Shown: piece by piece, positions 16,616 to 26,717 of the stretch
Numbering within the stretch: position 1 is the stretch's first letter
Layout of the letters: each line of letters starts with the position of its first letter
Source of the DNA: a virus
Virus record (IMG/VR): IMGVR_UViG_3300025030_001854
Coordinates: 64,001-128,000 of that record
DNA length: 64,000 nt
Strand: one strand, 5' to 3'
Program-made: the position numbers and the translations under genes
Notes under the pieces: generated by a model
Seen by the model: the letters and a program-made list of their open reading frames with translations, nothing else
What the model was told of the DNA's origin: nothing
The model's database searches: none

Positions 16616-16647
16616 CCTCAAACTACTATAATAGTTTGAGGTTTTTT
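16616..16647 (+). terminator. intrinsic terminator-like hairpin
   Basis: Perfect 10-bp stem CCTCAAACTA/TAGTTTGAGG, 6-nt loop, followed by TTTTTT. Confidence 0.65.
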
Positions 16648-16650
16648 GTT

Positions 16651-17382
16651 ATGAATTTTACTTTATTTTTAAATTCCAGAGGAAGAGTTGAGCAGCTTAA
16701 AAGATTTATTGAAGTGGTCGAAAATGTTACAATTAATTTAGCAGAAACAGAATTAATAATTACAGGCGATAATGATGACCAAGAAACCGTAGAATTTTTA
16801 AATTCTCTAAATTCTAGAAAAACTCTTATTTTTAATCCCATAATCGGAGATAGACCAAAAAGTTTATGCGGCTCATATAATAATATGGCAAATAGAGCTA
16901 GCGGGAAATATCTATTTGTAATGAACGATGATGCTGAAATATTGACTATGGGTTGGGATGAAATTGCATTAAAGAAAATTTCCGACTTTAAAAAAGAAAA
17001 AAATATTAAAGATGATATAATTTTTGGCGTTACTTCTGATACAAGTGTCGATAAGGCCCACACAAAAGAATACCCATCTTTTCCAATTATTAGTAAACAA
17101 GCAGTAAACGTTCTTGGATTTTTTATGCACGATAATTTTGTTGGTTTAGGTGGAGATAGTTCTATTTATCGCGTATATCAAGAGTCTCAACGATTAGTAG
17201 ATATGACCGCAATAGTAGTAGACCATATTTACCATAATACTATTTATAAAGTAATGGCTCCAGATAAAACTGCTGCTGAGATGAGAATGAATTCTGCCGT
17301 TAATCCAGTTGACCCATTTTCTTTTGATGTATCAGATGATGTTAAAAAACTACAAGATTTTATTAAAGCTACCAACAAATAA
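16651..17382 (+). CDS. GT-A (GT2-like) glycosyltransferase
   Basis: NSRGR, DNDD, YN.MA..ASGKYLFVMNDD; ATG at 16651. Confidence 0.75.
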   Translation: MNFTLFLNSRGRVEQLKRFIEVVENVTINLAETELIITGDNDDQETVEFLNSLNSRKTLIFNPIIGDRPKSLCGSYNNMANRASGKYLFVMNDDAEILTMGWDEIALKKISDFKKEKNIKDDIIFGVTSDTSVDKAHTKEYPSFPIISKQAVNVLGFFMHDNFVGLGGDSSIYRVYQESQRLVDMTAIVVDHIYHNTIYKVMAPDKTAAEMRMNSAVNPVDPFSFDVSDDVKKLQDFIKATNK

Positions 17383-17384
17383 AT

Positions 17385-17843
17385 ATGACTGAACAATCAT
17401 TAAATTGCGACAGAAGATATACCCATACATTTGCTGATTTGGTCGATAGACTAAGTATATGTATTCTAAAAAGTATTTTTATTCCATCAAATAAGAAAGC
17501 TTATGATGCGGAAATTCAAGACATAATGCACGATATCGACTTGATTATCTCACAAAAAAATGTTACTCTTAATGCAGAATCGGTAAGAGCCATACAAATC
17601 CTAATGCTTTCCAACCGATTTATTTGGGAAAATGAGAGTAAATGTAGAGCTGGGGAAAATCAAGACTTTTCTTTATTAAAAATTACACACTCAATCAATG
17701 GAGTTCGAAATACTGCGAGAAATGTATTGTCTAAAGAGATGGGTGAAAGATTAGACTTAAAAGTTGATTGTCTCGCCGCAGAATTACAAACTGATTTCCA
17801 AAATTGGAACTTATTTAATAATGAATCAACCACGAATAGTTAA
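17385..17843 (+). CDS. helical hypothetical protein (DUF6165-like)
   Basis: TFADLVDRLSI..LK, N..IWENE...R, N..R motifs. Confidence 0.55.
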   Translation: MTEQSLNCDRRYTHTFADLVDRLSICILKSIFIPSNKKAYDAEIQDIMHDIDLIISQKNVTLNAESVRAIQILMLSNRFIWENESKCRAGENQDFSLLKITHSINGVRNTARNVLSKEMGERLDLKVDCLAAELQTDFQNWNLFNNESTTNS

Positions 17844-18348
17844 TTATGACTTTTATATTAAAGGGGTTTTTGGATTAGAATTTGATTCTTTCAAAGATGA
17901 GCGTGGTTATAATTTTGAAGGATTTAATCATAATTACTTAAAAAGGATACCTGCTTTAGATTTAGTATTTAAAGTTGATTCTTTTTCAAAATCCCGAAAA
18001 TGGACATTAAGAGGTTTCCATGGAGACAAACAAAATCATAAATTAGTTCAATGCCTTTCTGGAAGAATTCAATTAATACTATTAGATGCAAGACCTAATA
18101 GTTCGTCTTATGGAAAGACATTAGATATTGGGGTGATTTCTGGAGCTTTACCGAAAGCTTTTATTCTACCTCCTGGAGTATTAAATGCTCACTTATGTTT
18201 AAGCGAAGAATGTATATTTTTTTATAAACTAACTTATGGTTATGTTCCAATAGCAGAACAAATTCATGTTAAATGGAACTCTCCAAACTATAATATTTCA
18301 TGGATTGGTAACTCAAAAGATTTTATATTATCAGAAAGAGACAAATAA
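17821..18348 (+). CDS. rmlC: dTDP-4-dehydrorhamnose 3,5-epimerase family (cupin)
   Basis: FKDERGYN, TLRGFH, KLVQCLSG, DARPNS.SYG, PPGVLNAH. Confidence 0.82.
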   Translation: MNQPRIVNYDFYIKGVFGLEFDSFKDERGYNFEGFNHNYLKRIPALDLVFKVDSFSKSRKWTLRGFHGDKQNHKLVQCLSGRIQLILLDARPNSSSYGKTLDIGVISGALPKAFILPPGVLNAHLCLSEECIFFYKLTYGYVPIAEQIHVKWNSPNYNISWIGNSKDFILSERDK

Positions 18349-19311
18349 ATGATTATTTTAATAACTGGCGGAGCTGGATATTTAGGAACTATCTTAATAG
18401 AAACACTATTAAATTATAGAAATATAGGATTAATAAGTTTTAAAAAAATAGTAGTTTACGACAATTTACTGTATAAACAAGATGGTATATTTCCATTATT
18501 GTCTGATTCTTCCGTAGAATTCGTATTGGGTGATGTTAGAGATTATACTAAACTTCAAGGATATATACAGGAAGCAGATTATATTATTCCTTTGGCGGCT
18601 ATAGTTGGAGCCCCTGCTTGTGATAATGACCCAAAACTTGCAGAAGAAATTAATTACAGACAACTCTATTATATTTCTCAAAATTGTCCTTATCACTCAA
18701 GAATCATTGTTCCAAATACTAATTCTGGATATGGGGCGACTAAAGATGGACAGCCCTGTTCCGAAAAAAGTCCTTTACGTCCATTATCGGTATATGGTGT
18801 TACTAAATGTAATGGAGAAAAAGCGGTTATGGAATCTGGACATGGATGTGCTTTTAGATTAGCTACTGTTTTTGGAACATCATATAGGTTTCGTAAAGAT
18901 TTATTAGTTAACGATTTTGTCTTAAAAGCGATGACTGATAAATATATTGTTTTATTTGAAAGTCATTTTAAAAGAAATTTTATTCACATAAGAGATGTGG
19001 CTCATGCTTTTATTCGGGCAATGATGAATTGGGATTTATTTAAAAATGAAGTTTTTAATCTTGGATTATCTTCTGCTAATTTGTCAAAATTAGAATTATG
19101 TGAAGCTATAAAAAAACACATTCCAGATTTTGTTATTAAACAAGATGATTTCGCTAAAGATAAAGATAAAAGAAACTATATCGTCTCCAATAAGAAGCTT
19201 GAAAATGCCGGATGGACTGCTCTTAATAGCTTAGATGATGGTATTCAAGAACTTATAAAAGCTTATCCAGTATTAATAAATTCTGGTCTTACAACATATA
19301 CGAATTTATAA
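18349..19311 (+). CDS. NAD-dependent epimerase/dehydratase (extended SDR)
   Basis: TGGAGYLG, LAAIVG.PAC, YGVTK, RLATVFG. Confidence 0.88.
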   Translation: MIILITGGAGYLGTILIETLLNYRNIGLISFKKIVVYDNLLYKQDGIFPLLSDSSVEFVLGDVRDYTKLQGYIQEADYIIPLAAIVGAPACDNDPKLAEEINYRQLYYISQNCPYHSRIIVPNTNSGYGATKDGQPCSEKSPLRPLSVYGVTKCNGEKAVMESGHGCAFRLATVFGTSYRFRKDLLVNDFVLKAMTDKYIVLFESHFKRNFIHIRDVAHAFIRAMMNWDLFKNEVFNLGLSSANLSKLELCEAIKKHIPDFVIKQDDFAKDKDKRNYIVSNKKLENAGWTALNSLDDGIQELIKAYPVLINSGLTTYTNL

Positions 19312-19314
19312 AAT

Positions 19315-19938
19315 ATGATAACAAATTTAACAAAACAAAACCTCATAGATTTTGAGGAAGACATTGCTCAATGTTTTAATCAGAAGATGATTAAAGCTCC
19401 CATTCATCTTTATTCAAATAACGAAGAAGAAATGATTAACGTTTTTCAAGAAATTCGTCCTCAAGATTGGGTTTTTTCTGCTTGGCGAAGTCATTATCAA
19501 TGTTTATTAAAAGGAGTTCCCCCAGAACAATTAAAACAAGCTATTCTTGATGGAAAATCTATTTCTTTATCCTTTCCATCTTATAAGATATTCTGTTCTG
19601 CTATAGTTGGGGGCTCGGTTCCCATTGCTGTCGGAACAGCCCTAGCTATTAAAAGACAAGGATTAGATGAAAAAGTTTATTGTTTTGTGGGAGATATGAC
19701 TTCTGAGACAGGTATTATGTGGGAGAGCTTAAAATATAGTATTTCTTACGATTTACCTATTGTGTTTATTGTGGAAGATAATGGACTTTCTGTATGCACT
19801 GATACAAGAAAAACTTGGAATATGGAAATCCTTACTTTTGAATATCAGCTTCCAAAGTCTTCTAAAAAATACATAAGATATTATAAATACAAAAACAAAT
19901 GGCCACATGCCGGTTCTGGGTCACGAATTCAATTTTAA
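19315..19938 (+). CDS. TPP-dependent E1 alpha-like subunit (short)
   Basis: PIHL, WRSHY, SAIVGG..PIAVG.A, GDM...EDN TPP-binding motif. Confidence 0.82.
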   Translation: MITNLTKQNLIDFEEDIAQCFNQKMIKAPIHLYSNNEEEMINVFQEIRPQDWVFSAWRSHYQCLLKGVPPEQLKQAILDGKSISLSFPSYKIFCSAIVGGSVPIAVGTALAIKRQGLDEKVYCFVGDMTSETGIMWESLKYSISYDLPIVFIVEDNGLSVCTDTRKTWNMEILTFEYQLPKSSKKYIRYYKYKNKWPHAGSGSRIQF

Positions 19939-20708
19939 TGAAAACTTCATATATTTTAGCAACTAACAAAGACTTGGGATTTAGTCAAGATACAATTATT
20001 TCTATTTTATCGTTACCAAAACACGATATGGAACTAATAGTCTGTTGTCCACAATCGTCTATACATCCACAACACGAAGATTTTTTAAAACGATATAATA
20101 TAAAAATAATTATAGACAAAGAATGTTCTGGAAGCATTTTCGCATTTAATTACGCATATTCGTTTACTGATGGAGATTATATAGCTATGATGATAGAAGA
20201 TATAATCCTTCCTCCTAATTATTTAGATATGCAAGCTTGGATGGAATCGGATTTTATGAAACAAAAACGTTTCAAAATATCTAATACATTATGGGATGCT
20301 GGCCCTGGATTATTAATGTATGGACATCATGACCCAAACGCCATTGATGGAGACGAAAGATTTAGATGGCCAATTACTGCTCCACATTTATGTATTAATC
20401 CTGCTTATACTCCATATGCTGTAATTCCTCTTCCATTTTTTTTAAGAGAAACTGTTGAGAAAGAACTCCAAGGATATCTTTTTCATCCCAAAATTAAACA
20501 TCATTTTCCAGACCATTGGTTAGGATTTTTTATATCTAAACAAGAACCATTCGAACCATTTAAATGGAGATGCCCAACGGTTCAATATCAAGTAAATACT
20601 AAATACTCTTTTCCTTATGATTGGTCAACTAATAACTATGACATGAAAATTGTCGCCCAGCTAGCAGAAGACTTTATGGCAGGACAACAACTTTACGTCA
20701 ATCCTTAA
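19938..20708 (+). CDS. divergent GT-A glycosyltransferase-like protein
   Basis: GS..AFN.A....GDYI....ED and H.F.D.W patterns; ATG overlaps the upstream stop. Confidence 0.5.
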   Translation: MKTSYILATNKDLGFSQDTIISILSLPKHDMELIVCCPQSSIHPQHEDFLKRYNIKIIIDKECSGSIFAFNYAYSFTDGDYIAMMIEDIILPPNYLDMQAWMESDFMKQKRFKISNTLWDAGPGLLMYGHHDPNAIDGDERFRWPITAPHLCINPAYTPYAVIPLPFFLRETVEKELQGYLFHPKIKHHFPDHWLGFFISKQEPFEPFKWRCPTVQYQVNTKYSFPYDWSTNNYDMKIVAQLAEDFMAGQQLYVNP

Positions 20709-20709
20709 T

Positions 20710-21240
20710 ATGAGATATTTCAACGAATTAAAAAAATCAATGGAGTTTTTAGCCGATAACCCAAAAACCATATTTTTGGGGCAGGCTGTTATTTATGCTG
20801 GAACTGCGATAAGTAACACATTAAAAGATATTCCTGAATATAAACGAATAGAATTTCCGGTAAATGAAGAATTGCAAGCTGGTGTTTCTAATGGTTTAGC
20901 TTTAGCCGGACTTATTCCTGTTAGTATATTTCCAAGATGGAATTTCCTACTTCTTGCCACAAATCAAATAGTCAATCATCTTGATAAATTTCCTATTTTT
21001 TCTGGATATAAAACCAAGGTTATTATAAGAACAAGTATTGGCTCTGAAAGACCATTACATCCTCAGTATCAACATGTTGGAGATTTTTCAGATGCCTTTA
21101 GATTAATGTGTCCTAACATTGAGGTTATTCGATTAGATGAACCAGAACAGATATTTCTATCATATAAAAAGGCTCTAGAAAGAGAAGACGGAAAATCTAC
21201 TATTTTAGTAGAATATGGAGATTTTTATAATGAAAAATAA
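20710..21240 (+). CDS. TPP-dependent E1 beta/transketolase pyrimidine-binding domain (no C-terminal domain)
   Basis: IFLGQ, EFPVNE..Q.G...GLAL.G..P, FLLLA.NQIVN, QH, ILVE. Confidence 0.82.
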   Translation: MRYFNELKKSMEFLADNPKTIFLGQAVIYAGTAISNTLKDIPEYKRIEFPVNEELQAGVSNGLALAGLIPVSIFPRWNFLLLATNQIVNHLDKFPIFSGYKTKVIIRTSIGSERPLHPQYQHVGDFSDAFRLMCPNIEVIRLDEPEQIFLSYKKALEREDGKSTILVEYGDFYNEK

Positions 21241-22180
21241 TGTCTTATTTGTAACCGAAAAATGGGCCGATGGTAATCCTAATTTTGGATTTACTCATAC
21301 AATGACTGATATTTTTAATACATTCAGTCAAACCCAAAGAAACTATAATTTTAACACCCTTCATATTGACGAAGCTGGAGTTGTTTTTGGAAAGCATGTA
21401 GATGATATCCTTCCTCGCTATTGCCTTAGTTGGGATATAAAAATAGTTATTGTTTCTCTTTTGGGGAACTCCCCAATGAATCCTTCTCTGGAATGCTTTC
21501 AAAAACTTAAACAATTAGGAATTTTTATTTGCTTCTTATGGTGCGATAGTAACCCAAATGATTTGGCTCTCATTAATTATTTAAGACCAATTACAGACAT
21601 TAATGTTTTCATGGATGCTTCTTATATTCCCGAAAGAAAATATGAAGAAAACGATTTAGTATTATGGACCCCGCTTGATTCAAATCTTTTTTATCCAGAT
21701 GATAAAACTAGAGAAGTCTCATTCGTAGGACGCCTTTATCCATACAGAGAGGCATCAATGTCTATGCTTTCAGAAGTTTATCCTAAAGCTATAGTGAAAA
21801 GTGGGCAAAGAGAACATCGTTTGTCTTTCGAGGAATACGCCCAAATCACTAGAGAATCGCAAATAATAGTAAATTTTTCATATCACCCACTTGGTTATCA
21901 CCAAGTAAAAGGAAGAGTATTTGAGGCCACAGCTAGTAATTGTTTACTATTAGAGTCAGATAATCCAGCAACCGAAAAATTATTCATTCCCAATAAAGAA
22001 TATGTTCCATTTATTTCCCCTAAAGATTTATTAGATAAAGTCAATTACTATTTAGAGAACGAGGAGGAAAGATTAAAGATAGCTCAATCGGGACATGAAG
22101 CTTATCAACAGCGTTTTAACATTACAATTTTTTGGAATAAAATAATGTCTCGCGCAGAATCATATTTAAACAATGACTAA
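21230..22180 (+). CDS. CgeB-like GT-B glycosyltransferase
   Basis: VSFVG..Y..R, KGRVFEATASNCLLL, DL.DK..YYL.N.EER.KIA..G. Confidence 0.8.
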   Translation: MKNNVLFVTEKWADGNPNFGFTHTMTDIFNTFSQTQRNYNFNTLHIDEAGVVFGKHVDDILPRYCLSWDIKIVIVSLLGNSPMNPSLECFQKLKQLGIFICFLWCDSNPNDLALINYLRPITDINVFMDASYIPERKYEENDLVLWTPLDSNLFYPDDKTREVSFVGRLYPYREASMSMLSEVYPKAIVKSGQREHRLSFEEYAQITRESQIIVNFSYHPLGYHQVKGRVFEATASNCLLLESDNPATEKLFIPNKEYVPFISPKDLLDKVNYYLENEEERLKIAQSGHEAYQQRFNITIFWNKIMSRAESYLNND

Positions 22181-23135
22181 AGTTTTAATGTTAAGTGCTA
22201 AATGGTGCGACGGAAATCCTAGCTTAGGACTTTCAAATGATTTTCATAATGTATTTAATAGTTTTAGACAGAGTTTTTCAGAAATTCAATATGATATTTT
22301 ATTTTATGATGAATGCTTAATTACATATTCTTCTCATATAAATGATATACTATTGAACTATTGTGAAAAAAATAACGTCACCACCATAATTGTTTCGTTG
22401 ATGGGTAACAGTCATTTAAATCCGTCTATTGAGTTATTAGCTCAACTTAAAAATCTTGGATATAAAGTATGCATTATTTGGCCCGACACGGGTCCAACTT
22501 GGGGTATGCAAACGATGGCAGCTATTGGGGAAAAAGTTAGTCTTCATGTTTCTTGGGATAATCCTCGCTCTCAGTTTCATGATAATACACCTAGAGTTAG
22601 TAATTATTTAAATTTGTGGACTCCAGAAGACAATACTCTATTTAGATTTTTAGATTTTGACAAGAAAGATATTGATGTAAGTTTTCTTGGAAGCACAGAT
22701 AAATATCACGATAGATTATTTTTCTTGAATCATCTGAAAAAGTTTGCTAACATTTATATTAGCGGTGGACAGAGAGATAAACGTCTTTCTCCAGAACAAT
22801 ACGCTGATATTACACGAAGAAGCAAAATAGGAATTAATTTTGCTCTTAGCCAAACAGGGGTATTTTGGCAAGCAAAAGGCCGAATATTCGAATATACTAT
22901 GAGCGGAGCTTTATTATTAGATTTAGCCAATCCATCAACAAAAGATTTTTTTACTCCAGGTGAAGATTTTATAGAATTTGTGAATATTGAAGATTTAATT
23001 AACAAAATCTCCTATTATCTTAATAATAAAGATGATAGAGAAAAGATAGCTCTGCAAGGACATAAAACTTGTTTATCTAAATACTCTTCTTATAAATATT
23101 GGGAGGCGATATTAAAGACAATGAATTCTATATGA
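22173..23135 (+). CDS. CgeB-like GT-B glycosyltransferase (tandem paralog)
   Basis: VSFLG, SKIGINF, KGRIFE...SGALLL, YYLNN...REKIA..G. Confidence 0.8.
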   Translation: MTKVLMLSAKWCDGNPSLGLSNDFHNVFNSFRQSFSEIQYDILFYDECLITYSSHINDILLNYCEKNNVTTIIVSLMGNSHLNPSIELLAQLKNLGYKVCIIWPDTGPTWGMQTMAAIGEKVSLHVSWDNPRSQFHDNTPRVSNYLNLWTPEDNTLFRFLDFDKKDIDVSFLGSTDKYHDRLFFLNHLKKFANIYISGGQRDKRLSPEQYADITRRSKIGINFALSQTGVFWQAKGRIFEYTMSGALLLDLANPSTKDFFTPGEDFIEFVNIEDLINKISYYLNNKDDREKIALQGHKTCLSKYSSYKYWEAILKTMNSI

Positions 23136-24094
23136 AAATTTTAATTACGGGTATTAATGGAAGTGCAGGTAGTTATCTTGGAGAATTTTTGGTAAATACT
23201 ACTAATCATCAAATATTTGGAACTGTTAGGAATCATAATGGACTATCTAATATTCAAAATATCAAAGATAAAGTTTCAATTATTTATGTTGATTTAATGG
23301 ATTTTCCCTCTTTGTTAAAAACTCTAGACAAGTATCGTCCAGATGTTATTTTTCATATTGCTTCTATGGCCAACGTAAGGAATTCTTTTGATTCTCCTTG
23401 TGTTGTTGTTAATAATAATGTTAATATCACTCTTCATATATTAGAAGCCGTTAGACTTTTAAAAGATAAGGATAATTATAATCCAATTATTCAACTATGT
23501 AGCACTTCTGAAGTATACGGAAATCCTAGTAAAGAATTTATTCCTATTGACGAAAATTGTCCACTTCTTCCAATTAATCCATATGCATCATCTAAATTGA
23601 TGCAAGATAGTCTTGGTTACGTTTATTTTCTTAATTTTAAATTAAATGTAATCAGAACAAGAATGTTCTCTTATTTCAATCCTCGACGACCAGATTTATT
23701 TGCTACTCATTTTGCCAGACAAATTATAGATGTTTCCAATGGTAAAAAAGAAACGGTTGAGCACGGAAATCTTTCTTCGATACGAACAATTATCGACCCA
23801 ATGGAAGCTGCTGAATGTTATTGGTTAATAACCTGTAACGGGAAAATTGGAGAGGTTTATAACATTGGTGGAATAGAACCAATTTCTGTTGGTGGAGTTT
23901 TAGAAGCATTAATTAAAAAATCTGGTAAAAATATACCAACAAAGCAAATCTCTGGTTTAATGCGTCCATCTGATATAGATAGACAAATTCCAAATATCCA
24001 CAAATTTCAAGCAGCGACCGGATGGACCCCCAAAAAAACATTAAGTCAAAGTATTAATGATTTTTGGATAGATGTAAATAATCTATATCGTTAA
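23132..24094 (+). CDS. GDP-mannose 4,6-dehydratase / Rmd-like extended SDR
   Basis: ITGINGSAG, PDVIFHIAS.A.V..SF..P, STSEVYG, PYASSK, HGNL.S.R. Confidence 0.8.
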   Translation: MKILITGINGSAGSYLGEFLVNTTNHQIFGTVRNHNGLSNIQNIKDKVSIIYVDLMDFPSLLKTLDKYRPDVIFHIASMANVRNSFDSPCVVVNNNVNITLHILEAVRLLKDKDNYNPIIQLCSTSEVYGNPSKEFIPIDENCPLLPINPYASSKLMQDSLGYVYFLNFKLNVIRTRMFSYFNPRRPDLFATHFARQIIDVSNGKKETVEHGNLSSIRTIIDPMEAAECYWLITCNGKIGEVYNIGGIEPISVGGVLEALIKKSGKNIPTKQISGLMRPSDIDRQIPNIHKFQAATGWTPKKTLSQSINDFWIDVNNLYR

Positions 24095-24099
24095 TTCCA

Positions 24100-25884
24100 A
24101 TGAAAAAAATTAAAGTTTATTTTAATGAGTTTAACATTCCAACAGATAACACTGTTTATTTTCCCTATTCGTCAGGATTGTTATTAGCATATTGTCTTCA
24201 GGACGAAGATGTTAGACTTAATTTTGATTTTCAAGAATTTTTGTTTCGAAGGGAACCATTATTAAATATTTTATCTAGATATGAAAATCCAGATATAGCT
24301 TGTTTTTCATCATCAATTTGGAATCATCAGTTAAACTTGGCGGTTGCGAAAGAAATTAAAAATAGATTTCCTAATTGTCTAATTATCTTTGGTGGACCAC
24401 AAGTTCCATTAAACAGTAATTTTTATATTGAAAATCCCTTTATAGATATAGGAATATTTGGGGAGGGAGAAATTATATTCCGAGATTTATTAATTAAATA
24501 TTTAAAAAGGGAGAATAATTTTCCCCATCATATTACATTAAAGAATGATGTTACAACTAAAGAAATAGATGTTTTTCCGTCACCATATTCATTAGGACTA
24601 TTTGACCAATTAATTAAAGATAATCAAGATATTAAATTTAAAGCAATAGTAGAAACAAATCGTTCGTGTCCATTCTCTTGTGATTTTTGTTTTTGGGGAC
24701 AATCAGACTTAAATAAGAAGATTGTCTTCCATTCTCTTGAATATACAAAGCAAGAAGCCTTATGGCTTGCAAAAAATCAAGTAGAATATATCTTCTGTGC
24801 AGACGCAAATTTTGGAATGTATAAAAGAGATATTGATGTAGCCCAACTATTTTCAGATATTAAATTAGAATATGGATATCCAGATAAGTTTCGCGTTTGT
24901 TATGGGAAAAATACAACAGAAAATATATTTAATACAGCTTTAATATTATCTAAAGCTAATTTAGCTAAAACAGTAACGCTAGCGAAACAATCTAACGATA
25001 AATCTGTATTAGCCAATATTCATCGTTCGAATATTAATACTAAAACATTTAAACAATTACAAATAAAATATACAGAAGCGGGAATCCCTACTTATACCGA
25101 ATTAATATTAGGTCTTCCAGGAGAAACATATTCTTCATTTTTGTCTGGACTAGAAGAAACCCTAGAATCTGTTATTAATAATCAGGTATTTATTTATCAT
25201 TGTCAAGTTCTTCCAAATACAGCGATGGCAGAAAAAGATTATATTTCAAAATATGGTTTAAAAACTGTTAAAATCCCACTAGCGGAAGTTCATGGTAGTG
25301 TTCGAGATAATTCTATCGTTCAAGAATTTGAGGAAATAGTTATTGGAACTAATTCAATGTCCCAAGAAGAATGGAAAAAGTGTGCCGTTATTTCTTGGTT
25401 AGCTCAATCTTTATATGGGCTTAAAGCTGCCGAAGAAATTATTAATTTTCTTATTAAAGAATATAAAATCAAATTTACAGATTATTTTGAATTTATCTCT
25501 AAATGCGATATGGATGAAGTAAAATTATTATGGAGAGTAGCAAACGACATTACAGATGGGGAAAGGAGATGTCAACATGATGCTAGATTTGGGTCAATAT
25601 ATTATGACCCAGAAGAATTTGTTTTTTTATTGTTATGCTTAAATCCTAATAAATTCTTTCAAAAATTATTTCAAATAACTGTGGGATTTTTGATGTCTAA
25701 AGGTATAGACATAAAAAGTAAGTTTGCGGAGTTATTGACAGTTTTTTCTGTTCAACAAGATAATCTCCCTTCTCCTTACGATTATAGTTCTACTAAAGAG
25801 TTTGCTACCAAAGTAGTCTTACATGGAAGAAAAAGTAACTCAACTAAAAAACAAAGAAATCCAATAGGATTTCAATTAATATGA
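24100..25884 (+). CDS. cobalamin-binding radical SAM protein
   Basis: N-terminal B12-binding domain (IFGGP, GEGE), ETNRSCPFSCDFC, DANFG, ELILGLPGET. Confidence 0.88.
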   Translation: MKKIKVYFNEFNIPTDNTVYFPYSSGLLLAYCLQDEDVRLNFDFQEFLFRREPLLNILSRYENPDIACFSSSIWNHQLNLAVAKEIKNRFPNCLIIFGGPQVPLNSNFYIENPFIDIGIFGEGEIIFRDLLIKYLKRENNFPHHITLKNDVTTKEIDVFPSPYSLGLFDQLIKDNQDIKFKAIVETNRSCPFSCDFCFWGQSDLNKKIVFHSLEYTKQEALWLAKNQVEYIFCADANFGMYKRDIDVAQLFSDIKLEYGYPDKFRVCYGKNTTENIFNTALILSKANLAKTVTLAKQSNDKSVLANIHRSNINTKTFKQLQIKYTEAGIPTYTELILGLPGETYSSFLSGLEETLESVINNQVFIYHCQVLPNTAMAEKDYISKYGLKTVKIPLAEVHGSVRDNSIVQEFEEIVIGTNSMSQEEWKKCAVISWLAQSLYGLKAAEEIINFLIKEYKIKFTDYFEFISKCDMDEVKLLWRVANDITDGERRCQHDARFGSIYYDPEEFVFLLLCLNPNKFFQKLFQITVGFLMSKGIDIKSKFAELLTVFSVQQDNLPSPYDYSSTKEFATKVVLHGRKSNSTKKQRNPIGFQLI

Positions 25885-26717
25885 AAAGTCCAGACGTATC
25901 TATTATTTTACCGTCTATTCGCCCAGAAAATCTGATTAAATTTTATGAATCAGCTCAAAATGCTTGTCAGAGATATTCTTTTGAAATTATAATTCCTGGT
26001 CCATATCTAATTCCAGAAGAATTAATGAAAAAAGGAAATGTTGTATTTATTCATACTTACGCTAATCCAACTATTTGTTTTCAAATGGCGGCTCTTTTAG
26101 CTAGGGGGGAATTTATTTATAATACAACAGATGATGGATTATTACAACCCAATGTTATTGATATTGCTGTTGACCTTCATAGAGAAGCATTGACATTCAA
26201 AGATATGATAAATATGAGGTATGATGAAGGAGTATTAGACCCGATAACTCTTTTACCTTTAAAAGAAAATCATGAACATTTCTCTCCATATTATTGGATT
26301 GCCCATTCTCATGCTGATTTAAGATTACCGGGAATTCCCGTTAATTATAAATTATGTATGCATTTCTTTATTAAGAAGAACTATTTTCTTTGGCTTGGTG
26401 GATTTGATTGTAATTATGAATATAGCAATCATGCTTTACACGATTTAGCTTTTAGAGTTCAATCAGATGGAGGACAAATTGTAAGTCTTCCTGTGGTTGC
26501 TTTTTATTGTTCTCATCTTCCTGGCCAGCAGGGCGACCATGGACCAGTAAATGATGCTCAATTAGGACCAGACATTACAAGATTTAATTCTATCTACGGA
26601 AACTCAACCCTAGATATAAAACAAAGAATTAATTTAAATTATGACGATTGGAAGAATTTTCCTAATATATGGGAAAGAAGATTTGATAAAAATAATTTGT
26701 TAGTTAATAAAATATGA
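25881..26717 (+). CDS. GT-A (GT2-like) glycosyltransferase
   Basis: VSIILP, TTDD, LGGFD..Y, DLAFR.Q. Confidence 0.78.
   Translation: MKSPDVSIILPSIRPENLIKFYESAQNACQRYSFEIIIPGPYLIPEELMKKGNVVFIHTYANPTICFQMAALLARGEFIYNTTDDGLLQPNVIDIAVDLHREALTFKDMINMRYDEGVLDPITLLPLKENHEHFSPYYWIAHSHADLRLPGIPVNYKLCMHFFIKKNYFLWLGGFDCNYEYSNHALHDLAFRVQSDGGQIVSLPVVAFYCSHLPGQQGDHGPVNDAQLGPDITRFNSIYGNSTLDIKQRINLNYDDWKNFPNIWERRFDKNNLLVNKI

Noticed and set aside
19315-21240. Pyruvate dehydrogenase as a central-metabolism auxiliary gene
   Set aside because: The subunits are truncated, E2/E3 are absent, and the genes are embedded among sugar-pathway genes.
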